A stretch of DNA of 64,000 bases from Deltaproteobacteria bacterium (GTDB lineage: Bacteria > Myxococcota > Kuafuiibacteriia > Kuafuiibacteriales > Kuafuiibacteriaceae), in contig JAVJQW010000008.1 of NCBI GenBank assembly GCA_040218735.1, forward strand, positions 224,001 through 288,000. The letters are read 5' to 3'. Within the stretch, counting starts at the first letter, position 1. Each line of letters starts with the position of its first letter. This document shows positions 57,301-64,000 of this stretch, piece after piece. The notes beneath the pieces are model-generated. The model was not told the DNA's origin. It ran no database searches and saw only the letters and a program-made list of their open reading frames with translations. The position numbers were made by a program, and so were the translations under genes.

Positions 57301-60300
57301 AGGATCTCTATCGCGCGGCGCTCGTCGCGGACTCTGGGCACGGCCCGGCGCGCGAGGGCCTGCGGGCGTTGCTCGAATCCGAGGGCCGGTACCGCGAGAT
57401 TGCGGACGCGCTCGATGTCGCGGCGCTCGTCGACACGCTGGAGGGGCTGCGTCGCTCGGATGACGATCGGCACCAGGTGCTGCCGGCCTCCCTCGCGTTG
57501 GCGAATGCGCTCGAGAACACCGGCGCGCCGCGCTCTGCGCAGGCGACGCTGTGGACGGAGATCGCGTCGCTGCACATCGAGGACGAGGACTCCGAGGCCG
57601 CCGAGCGTGCGCTGCGCGAAGCGTTGGCGCTGCAGTCGGACCACGAGGATGCGCGCGAGCTGATGCGGGAGCTGTTCGTCGCGGAGCGTCGGCTGGAGGA
57701 GCTCGCGGAGATCGACGAAGCGCTCGTCGCAACGACGGCGCAGCGCGCCTCCGAGACCGGGGACGCCGCGCTGCAGATCGACGCGCTGGACGTGCTGGCG
57801 TCCCGGAAGTCCGGGGAGCGTCGCGCGGACACGTTGGTGTGGATCGCGGCGTTGGAGCGCGAGCGCGGCTTCGCGGACCGCGCGGAGGCGCGGCTGATCG
57901 CGGCCATCGAAGCGCACGCACCGCACGCCGTCGCGCGCGCCGAGCTGGAGGGGCACCTGTGGCGCGAGCGGAGGTTCGCGGACGTGGTGGAGCGCCTCGG
58001 TGCGACGGCGCTGCTCGCGCGGGTGACGCGGGAGGTGGACGACGATCCCGATGGCGTCGTGGCCGCGGCGAACGCGACGCGCGATCTCCTGGAGCCCGCG
58101 GATCGCGCGCGGCTCGACGAGCTGATCGCGCCGGTGCAGGGGCTCGAAGCGCTCGAGCGCGCGAAGGCCATTTGGGACGAGCTCGAAGACGCTGCGGGTC
58201 GCTTCCGCGTGCGCCAGGCCATCGTGGATCTGCGACGCAAGGAGGGCGACGCTGCGCAGCTGCTCCTCGCGTTGGAGGGCGCCCACGCGTACGCGACGAA
58301 CGCCGAAGACCGCGCGCGAATCGCGGTCGAGCGTGCGGGGATCATGACCGCCGCCAACGATCGCGATCGGGCGCGTGCGCTCGTGGAGCCGCTCGTCGAC
58401 GACCTCACGCTGCCGCGCAAGGAACGTCAGGACGCGGCGCGGCTGTTGGTCGAGGATCTGCTCCCCGAGGTCGCCGCGGCGCCGTCCGAGGACGTGCTCG
58501 AGCTACGCGCGCGATCGCTGGAGGTGCTCACGGAGCTGCCGTCGGCGGGGCCGCCACCGGGCGACGTCGAGAAGTGGTTCGTGCAGCTGTCGAAGACCCG
58601 CGAAGCGCTCGACTACGACGCGGGCTCCGTGGCGCAGCCGCTCGAGTCTGCGCTGCGCGTTCGCAGCCAGGAGGACGACGGGATGGAGATCCGTCGTCGC
58701 CTCGTCGAGTTGTACGAAGAGGTCGGCGACTGGGCGCAGGCCGAGCCGCACGCGTCGGTGATCGCGGAGGCGGACGACCGCCCCGAACAGTGGGTGCAGC
58801 TGTCGGAGCTGCGCGCGTGGCTCGACGATCCGCAGGGCGCTCAGTCCGCGCTCGATCGCGCGCTGGAGCTCGACCCCGCTTCGGAGTCCGCGCACGAGTC
58901 GATGATCCGCCTCGCCGAGCAGACCGGCGAAGCCACCTCGGTGATCACGCGGCTGGAGGCGTGGGCGGAGGTCGACGCGAAGGGTGAGGCTTCGGATCGT
59001 GCGAAGCGTCTGCTGCGCGCGGCGGAGCTCGCGATCGAAGCCGGCGACGCCGAGCGCGGTGCGCTCCTCGCCGAGCGCGCGGTGACGTTGGTTCCGCGCA
59101 AGGATCCCTCGGTCGAACCCATCGCGTTGGAGGCGTGTGCGATCCTCGCGCCGTCCGGGCTCGCCGACGCCCGCATCGCGATCCTCACGCGCGTGGTGCA
59201 GGAGGCGGGGGCGGACGTTTCGTCGTCTTCGCGCATCGCGCTCGCCGACCTGTTGGTGGAGCAGGACCGGATCGACGAGGCGCGCACGGTCGTCGAGCAG
59301 GGCGTGCACCGCGAAGCCGCCGAGGACGATCCGCTCCTGGATCGCCTCGTCGAGATGACCCGATCCCTCACGCCGGACGCCGGTGCGCGCAGGATGCTCG
59401 CGACCGCGGAGCGCCTCGGTGCGGGCCCCGCGGCGCGTCGCCTGCGCATGGCGGGCGCGGAGCTCGCGGAGTCGGCGGGGGAGCGTGAGACGGCGCGTGC
59501 GGCGCTGACGAACATCGTCAGCGAGCTGGGCGGCGAGGCGACGAAGGCGCGCGAAGCGCTCGTTCGAATCACCCGCGATCTCGACGATGCACCAGCGCTG
59601 GTTGCGGCGCTCGAAGAGGCCGCGCTGGACGCCTCGACGTCCGTCGAGCGCGCAGAGAAGTGGGCGGAGGCGGCGGCGGTGGCGGACGAGCGCCTCGACG
59701 ACCCGGAGCGCGCCGAGCTGCTCCTGTCGCGCGCGATCGCCTCGCAGCCGAACGACGTCGCGCTCCGGCAGCGCCGAATCGATCTGCTACAGCGGCGCGG
59801 TCGGTGGTTCGATCTGCTGGAGGCGTACGCGTCGGAGGCGGAGCGTGCGGAGGGGCCGGCGAAGATCGAGTGGCTCGAACGCCGCGCGACGTTGGCGTCC
59901 GAGCGGCTCGGCGACGAAGCCACGCTCGCGGCGTCGCTCGAGCAGGCGTTCGACCTCGGCGGCGACGTTCAGCACGCGATCCGCGCGATGCAGGCGTACC
60001 GGAACACGTACGAATTCGACGCGCTGCTGTCGCTCGCGGAGCGCGTGCCGGTGAAGGCGCCCGAGGTTCGTACCGTCGTCGATCTGTTGATCGCGGACGC
60101 GATGGAGTCGCTGGGGCGCATCGAAGAAGCGCGCGCGATGTTGGAGCGCCTCGCGGCGGAGCAGTTCGACGTCCCGCTCGTTCAGCACCGGTGGTGCACG
60201 TTCCTTCACCGTCACCGCGACCTCGAGCTCCTCGCGCGTGCGCTGGAGACGATCGCCATCAACGTCGAGCCGCGCGAAGGGGTGCGGTGGCAGCTCGCGG

Positions 60301-63300
60301 CGGTGCGGGTGTTGCTCAAGCAGGTCGACGATCGTGTCGCCGCGGAGGCCGGGTTGGCGAAGGCGCTCGAGATCGTCGGGCAGTGGCTCGACAGCCCGGG
60401 TGCGATCTCCGGAGACCTGTTGCCGGGGCCCACCGCGAGCCGCGGTCTCACCGAGCGCGCGATGCTCGACGCGCCGCTCCTCGATCTCTCCCACCTCGCG
60501 GATCGCCTGGGGAACGGCAAGCTGCGGGTCGATGCGCTGCGTCTGTACGCGCAGTCCCTCGTGGAGGGGCCGGAGCAGTGGCGTGCGCTCTTGCTCCTCG
60601 CGGCGGCGGAGCGCGACACCGGTGATCTCGAAGCGGCGGAGTTCACGCTGCGCGGCGTGGTCGATGCGGTGCGCGAGTCGGCGGAGGTCTCGTTCGTGGA
60701 TCGCGTCGAGGCGGAGCGTTCGCTCGGCGCGTTGCTCTTGGATCGCGGACACGTCGAGGAGGCGATCGTCGCGCTCGAGCACGCGTCGAAGATGCTGGCC
60801 GACGCGCAGCCGATCGAAGACGAGAAGGACGAAGCCGCGCACGAGCGCGCGCAGGTGCTGGTGTTGCTCGCGTCGGCGTACCGCACTGCAGACCGCGCGC
60901 AGGAGGCCGTCGACAAGATGATCGCGGCGCGTGCGCTGGATCCGGCGGCGGTGCCCGAGCCGCTGCTCGACGACGCGATCCAGGCCGCCGGCCCGTCCGA
61001 GGAGCTCGCGCGGCAGCTGCAACGACGGGCCGACGGGATGTCCGTGCCGCGGGAGCGTGCGGCCGCGCTGTACGAGGCGGCGCAGACCTGGGAGTCGATC
61101 GGTCGCCCCGAGCGTGCGTTCGAGCCGTGGATCGCGGCGCACGAGGCGGATCCGTCCAACTCGAAGATCGCGGTGCGTCTGCAGTCGGCGCTGTACGAGT
61201 CGGAACGGCACGTGGATCTCGAACGACACCTCGCGCGGCGCATCGCGGGTGAGGATCTGACGGGCGCCGAGAACGCGTCGCTGCGGCTCGCGCGCGCGAA
61301 GATCCTCGACCGGCGACTCGGTCTGACCGACGAGGCGTTGCGAGAGCTGGAGCACGCGGCGCAGCTCGTGCCGCAGAGCTTCGAGGTGCTGACGGCGCTC
61401 GCGGATCTCGCGGATCGCATCGGTCGCGACGATGTCGCCGGCGACGCCTACGCGCGGCTCGCGACGGTGGCCACGACGGAGATCGCGAAACGCCGGGCGC
61501 TCGCGAAGCGTGCATCGATCCTGGAGCGGGCGGGGCGATCGCAAGGTGCCTTGCAGTGCCTCGAAGAGGCCGTCGATGGAGCGCTCGCGGTTTCGGTGGT
61601 TCCGCGCGCGCTCGTCGAGCGGCTCGCCGTCGGGTACGCGGCGCGGGGCGCTCACGCGGAGGCGGCGCGGGTCTGGGTGCGGGCTTCGTCCGTGCTCCAG
61701 GGCGCCGAGGCCGCAGCCTGTCTGTTCCGCGCCGGAGAGATTCGGCGCGCCGAGCTCGACGATCGCCGCGGGGCGATGGCGGCGCTCGACGCCGCGGCGC
61801 GCAAGGCGCCCGACGATCTCGGCCTGCGCCGTGCGGTCATCCACCTCGCGAAGACCGTCGGCGACGGCGGCAAGGTGGAGCGCCACACCCGCGAAGCGCT
61901 GGAGCGTGCGCGTCGCCTCGGCGCGATGGACGCCGCACGAACCTTCGAGGCCTCGCAGCGTATGAACGGCGACGCCGAGGGTGACGAGGCCTACCGACAG
62001 GAGCGCGCGCGCCTCGATCGCTCCGGTCGTGTCGCGGACCTGGCGCAGTTCGTCGCGTTGGAGGCCGAGAAGGTCGACGATGACGAGCTTCGCGCGGAGC
62101 GTTTCGCGCAGGTCGGCCGGCTCTACGCGGGCAGCAAGCTCACGGACCGCGGGGTGCGCGCGGCGCAGGCGTACGCACGTGCGCTCGACGCCAACCCGGA
62201 CCACGTCGAGGCGCTCGCGTTCCTCGCGCGCGCGGCCGCCGAGACCGAGGACTGGGAGCACGCCGAGACCCACGTCTCGCGGCTCGAAGCGCTCGGCGGG
62301 CCGGACTGGCCGGCGCCCGAGTTCGAGCTGTTCGCGGCGCACGTCGCTTCCGCGCGTGGTGACACCCAGCGTGCGTTCGGTCGGCTGTTGCAGGCGGCGT
62401 CGCGCGACCCCGGATCGCTCCGCGCACGACGCGAGCTGATCTACTACGCCCACCGCACGGACGACGCCGACGTCGCGACGCGCCTCGTCGACGACTACGA
62501 AGGCCTGCTCGATCCGGTGCTGGACGTCGACGCGCTCGCCGCGGTCCACGCCGAGCGAAGCCTGGTGAGCCTCACCCACGGTGACTCCGCGCGCGCGCTC
62601 CGAGAAGTCGAGCGCATCCTGGAGGTCGCGCCGCAGGACGAACGTGCTCACCGGATCCGCCGCAAGATCCTCGAGCAGAGCGGCGAGACACACGACCTCC
62701 TCGACGCGTTGGAGGACGAAGCCTCGCGGAGCACGGACGACGACGAGGCGCGCACGTTCTGGCTGCGCGCGTTGGACGTCGCCGACGGCTCCGGCGACGT
62801 GCGCCGCGCGCGTCGGATCGTGGCGGCGCTCGAGCCCCTCGCCGTCGACGAGGCGTTGTGGCGACGGCTGTTCGCGCACCACCGGCAGCAGCTCGACGGC
62901 GCGGGGATGTTGCGCGCGATGGATCGACTCGGACCGGACGTCGCAGACGATCTCGACGTCGAGGCGCGCGCGACCCTGGTGAAGGCGTGCTTCGAGGCCG
63001 GCCGGGTCGACGAGGGCGCACGCATCTTGGTCGGCACGACGAACGACGCGCTGATCGCGACGGCGGGCCGTGCGTTCATCGGGGACGAGGGCGCGGCGAT
63101 CCCGCGCGTGGTGACGCAGACCCTCGCCGCGCTGAAGGATCGCGCGGGTGGCCTCCTGGTCGTGGAGCGCCTGCACGAGGTCGTGCCCAACGATCGTCGT
63201 GTCCTGGAGCGGCTCGCGGGGGCCTACGCCGCCGACCCGGCGCGGCACGCCGACGCCGCGCGGGTGTTGCGATGTTTGCTCGCCGAGGAGCCGGCGGACC

Positions 63301-63827
63301 TGGAGCACCTGCGGCGTCTGATCGAGGTGGCGCCGGACGACGCCCACGGCGCACGCGCCGCGCTCGCGTGGATCGAAGACGGGGAGATCTTGCTGCACGG
63401 TTGGACGCAGCCGGGCGAGGACGGTTCATTGTCCGGGATCGCCGACGACCTGGGCGTCGCCATCCACATCGTCGAAGGCGGCGGCATCGAAGTGACGTTC
63501 GGCGCCGAGGGCCTCGCGGTGGGCGAAGCCCTCGCGGTCGACGCAGGGCCGACGGAGCTACGGTTCCTCGCGGTCCGCGCCCAGGCCCTGTACGAAGGTG
63601 CGACGGTCGCCGCCGCCAACCAAAGCGGTCTGTCCGCGACGGGGGACCTCGCGGGTGCGATTCGCGCGCTGCGGCGCCTCGAGCCGCGCACGTGGTCGGA
63701 GCGGGTGGAGTCGGCGCGAGACCGGCTGGCCTGTTCGCGTCGATGGCGGCCGATCTCCGACCTCATCGCCTTTGCGGTGAGCACCGCGTACATCCCGCCC
63801 CCGGCGCCGAAATTTGCTCGGTTCTAG
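51327..63827 (+). CDS. Giant TPR-repeat protein (4166 aa), AgmK-like architecture
   Basis: Uninterrupted 12.5-kb ORF of A/L/E/R-rich helical repeats ('EEAIVQYDAALALAPNTTEALVALSRLYERQG'); non-TPR N-terminal and C-terminal domains. Confidence 0.9.
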   Translation: MAETPVDPGSSPEPTSLGFSLGFIEGSALVSLTDRRLAEGLVVRALDLQLAEVEFPLNLEGGAESFQRRSTALRSLVLDVHVELIGRALTEALEDGPLESVHVRTEGDRLTVEVGLADATFVGTVLLSHDADRTVRLHLLDPIVVGPSKIDAWSIPPLLLDAARRALGAESERIAESLRLAGATTFAIDPADALLWGLLPPHGWKVPHHDEAPVHRVSITPTGFVRVALGAPSKHADTDAGTAADEQDVLRALARDDIEKSLGLAREKLDRGDAVGAFTEMRNRLDASGGPDALVARLLALGATVERLFDETNDLADDRLEKDPADVRALLAKGAIASAEVRADEAADAFERAGRKLKAEAHRRAAGLAFRAAAAAVARLRKKGSAKRRVRLLEDTIALRPDDTVALSALVSALPAQGRAPAAVRAARRLANLANDIDTRVLAHVSAGELLRDPIGDLPQAQREFERALRIREDDPAALEGLARAVMDAGEPRRAAVIFEQLIERAEADGQRDRAARMSLALGDLWRPLDAEAAMLRFQRARELDRTSVPALARIAEVAIEHGGNEAAMEAVESALPMLDEGRIGGDRAAALSLRLTAGRLYEEHADLIEEAIVQYDAALALAPNTTEALVALSRLYERQGNTQHRAEVIDRHAKLLVGAGDLEGAAKAWVEEARIHKDDPKRVERIRSAIVEGLAKERSHRGLLDALVEIASLGDDASAQIDAIDRRLLLDDPPQVRAPLLTRLGAAFESAAREVEAARAYEEAVACDERSKEAIHALSRIYRSRDDHERLAGVLALAGHLAVSDEERGDLLTERARLLRTLGRDDEAYASIQDALKAAPESSAALAVATKLAIKLNDHEAAKRHALHRLAQSESLTADKKLPIYVDLARVAEATERRDELIDALEHARDLADPESETGRQIAARLARELYGAERLEELAELQRRRGRVATAAATERAERFIEAARLSARLAQHEQLVEDVEEALSILGRKRQEVELKLKALDVLESHARQREDLALLADVLGRRASFVGQAEEKERLWLEQADVFDRIERYDDAVKALQGASDALPSSFKLAERYGRAAQRAMKSGEAAEAFGRAAQIARARGEVELGLEMHGRAAETYALMRDREAAAEHDRALLELSGPSTRSPYLAGAMERLERFGRDHDDPELLADILGRRANEARPEDAARMLLEKSEVHLAGEGGERDGVDALRRARNLAPPGTQVAEAIDDRLVEILEQLGLHAEQAAVLVERADRAPEGASKAELYFRAAELYAERLRDRGMALSRAQAAVRADPSHDEARALRIQLLRAGGRRDALAEALAEEAELCRDARRAAELWLEAAQIITPVDNHHALDPREVEQSLQLVRRAATASPSSVAAFEAGAVYTRTLERADEEVVLLGHVVERATEASKRIAARIRRVDLFAGPLRQPADAQTELMLILPELVGLQSAECAAIEAELPAESARRLEVAEHGGVRMALLQLGLTLTELQQDWTAHVQVLMWLVDVSADAEVRAELRTRAGGVLEWKLGDGEGAEREYLAALALLPGNDRPKQALENFYMAVDRFADIADNLGTETLVEVWGRLGDDEPPNRLIAAAEALWPKLPEGSDERAEVQLRLADLYVQRDRESESADAVHILEQVEQRAPRQFQDAALERLRVFFLEKERADLYCDVLRRQAERLEDDHKRALALAELGEALEWKLGDGLAAENEYRAALAADAECVEAKRRLAQLLSSQDRFEEIGRELGVETLEGVLVELLGQGSRDRERAIAAADALAPILPPERVGGVWLRVADSFEVDEPTDASAKAVRVALQRASEADGPNQKQALTRLTAWLAQANDRGELANVLRRRVEMEKDPELRASLQLELGRLVMSMLSESEGPGREAIEEEAERELRSALETDARNEEARALLERLYLERARYLEIGRVLGREVLERLRVEGETSGDVAQARGAVAALAEMSEGSERAGLLVELVGYAEDAEGQPGWPRTPEDLYRAALVADSGHGPAREGLRALLESEGRYREIADALDVAALVDTLEGLRRSDDDRHQVLPASLALANALENTGAPRSAQATLWTEIASLHIEDEDSEAAERALREALALQSDHEDARELMRELFVAERRLEELAEIDEALVATTAQRASETGDAALQIDALDVLASRKSGERRADTLVWIAALERERGFADRAEARLIAAIEAHAPHAVARAELEGHLWRERRFADVVERLGATALLARVTREVDDDPDGVVAAANATRDLLEPADRARLDELIAPVQGLEALERAKAIWDELEDAAGRFRVRQAIVDLRRKEGDAAQLLLALEGAHAYATNAEDRARIAVERAGIMTAANDRDRARALVEPLVDDLTLPRKERQDAARLLVEDLLPEVAAAPSEDVLELRARSLEVLTELPSAGPPPGDVEKWFVQLSKTREALDYDAGSVAQPLESALRVRSQEDDGMEIRRRLVELYEEVGDWAQAEPHASVIAEADDRPEQWVQLSELRAWLDDPQGAQSALDRALELDPASESAHESMIRLAEQTGEATSVITRLEAWAEVDAKGEASDRAKRLLRAAELAIEAGDAERGALLAERAVTLVPRKDPSVEPIALEACAILAPSGLADARIAILTRVVQEAGADVSSSSRIALADLLVEQDRIDEARTVVEQGVHREAAEDDPLLDRLVEMTRSLTPDAGARRMLATAERLGAGPAARRLRMAGAELAESAGERETARAALTNIVSELGGEATKAREALVRITRDLDDAPALVAALEEAALDASTSVERAEKWAEAAAVADERLDDPERAELLLSRAIASQPNDVALRQRRIDLLQRRGRWFDLLEAYASEAERAEGPAKIEWLERRATLASERLGDEATLAASLEQAFDLGGDVQHAIRAMQAYRNTYEFDALLSLAERVPVKAPEVRTVVDLLIADAMESLGRIEEARAMLERLAAEQFDVPLVQHRWCTFLHRHRDLELLARALETIAINVEPREGVRWQLAAVRVLLKQVDDRVAAEAGLAKALEIVGQWLDSPGAISGDLLPGPTASRGLTERAMLDAPLLDLSHLADRLGNGKLRVDALRLYAQSLVEGPEQWRALLLLAAAERDTGDLEAAEFTLRGVVDAVRESAEVSFVDRVEAERSLGALLLDRGHVEEAIVALEHASKMLADAQPIEDEKDEAAHERAQVLVLLASAYRTADRAQEAVDKMIAARALDPAAVPEPLLDDAIQAAGPSEELARQLQRRADGMSVPRERAAALYEAAQTWESIGRPERAFEPWIAAHEADPSNSKIAVRLQSALYESERHVDLERHLARRIAGEDLTGAENASLRLARAKILDRRLGLTDEALRELEHAAQLVPQSFEVLTALADLADRIGRDDVAGDAYARLATVATTEIAKRRALAKRASILERAGRSQGALQCLEEAVDGALAVSVVPRALVERLAVGYAARGAHAEAARVWVRASSVLQGAEAAACLFRAGEIRRAELDDRRGAMAALDAAARKAPDDLGLRRAVIHLAKTVGDGGKVERHTREALERARRLGAMDAARTFEASQRMNGDAEGDEAYRQERARLDRSGRVADLAQFVALEAEKVDDDELRAERFAQVGRLYAGSKLTDRGVRAAQAYARALDANPDHVEALAFLARAAAETEDWEHAETHVSRLEALGGPDWPAPEFELFAAHVASARGDTQRAFGRLLQAASRDPGSLRARRELIYYAHRTDDADVATRLVDDYEGLLDPVLDVDALAAVHAERSLVSLTHGDSARALREVERILEVAPQDERAHRIRRKILEQSGETHDLLDALEDEASRSTDDDEARTFWLRALDVADGSGDVRRARRIVAALEPLAVDEALWRRLFAHHRQQLDGAGMLRAMDRLGPDVADDLDVEARATLVKACFEAGRVDEGARILVGTTNDALIATAGRAFIGDEGAAIPRVVTQTLAALKDRAGGLLVVERLHEVVPNDRRVLERLAGAYAADPARHADAARVLRCLLAEEPADLEHLRRLIEVAPDDAHGARAALAWIEDGEILLHGWTQPGEDGSLSGIADDLGVAIHIVEGGGIEVTFGAEGLAVGEALAVDAGPTELRFLAVRAQALYEGATVAAANQSGLSATGDLAGAIRALRRLEPRTWSERVESARDRLACSRRWRPISDLIAFAVSTAYIPPPAPKFARF

Positions 63828-63848
63828 GGGGTCTGCTACCTCAAAACG

Positions 63849-64000
63849 ATGGGACGAGTGTTCCGGATCGCGTGCTTGAGCCTCGTGATCTTCACGCTCG
63901 ACGCGGCGCCGACGGTGTCGTGGGCGCAGGTCGACGAAGAGGTCACCGACGACGAAGGTGATGACCTCGCGGACGCGCTCCCGGACGAGGAGATCACGGA
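63849..64000 (+). CDS. Partial secreted protein running off the window end
   Basis: ATG 63849 'MGRVFRIACLSLVIFTLDAAPTVSWAQVDEEVTDDEGDD...' is a signal peptide plus acidic segment, open to the end. Confidence 0.6.
   Translation, partial: MGRVFRIACLSLVIFTLDAAPTVSWAQVDEEVTDDEGDDLADALPDEEIT

Noticed and set aside
52464-63398. Very long antisense ORFs (528, 1348 and 1203 aa) opposite the giant TPR gene
   Set aside because: Shadow ORFs expected from high-GC codon bias; no recognisable motifs.

Overview
High-GC window that looks myxobacterial (inferred from sigma-54 signalling, a Pkn2-type kinase, a 4166-aa TPR protein and many Cys-rich or low-complexity lipoproteins). It holds about 45 credible CDSs. 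I saw no rRNA, tRNA or CRISPR array. Housekeeping genes include gpmI, a dcp-type M3 peptidase, an ATP-dependent DNA ligase, guaA and dgt. The top candidates for undescribed systems are: (1) a tightly coupled operon (44747-49032) with a duplicated-domain lipoprotein, two c-type cytochrome lipoproteins (one with a contracted CxCH motif), an outer-membrane beta-barrel with an internal CxxCH motif and an Npt/TLC-type transporter; (2) a frameshifted HNH-nuclease element (954-2094) next to a roughly 217-bp ORF-less miniature copy of itself (2280-2496), deleted exactly at the start codon; (3) a sigma-54 envelope-stress operon Pmp3-AurF-HK-RR-PspA; (4) two orphan genes, one with a T3SS-needle-like C-terminus and one a stand-alone GS-DxD nucleotidyltransferase, that share upstream motifs; (5) an RD[AG]G linker motif recurring in five unrelated lipoproteins. 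All family calls come from reading motifs by eye, and no database search was run.
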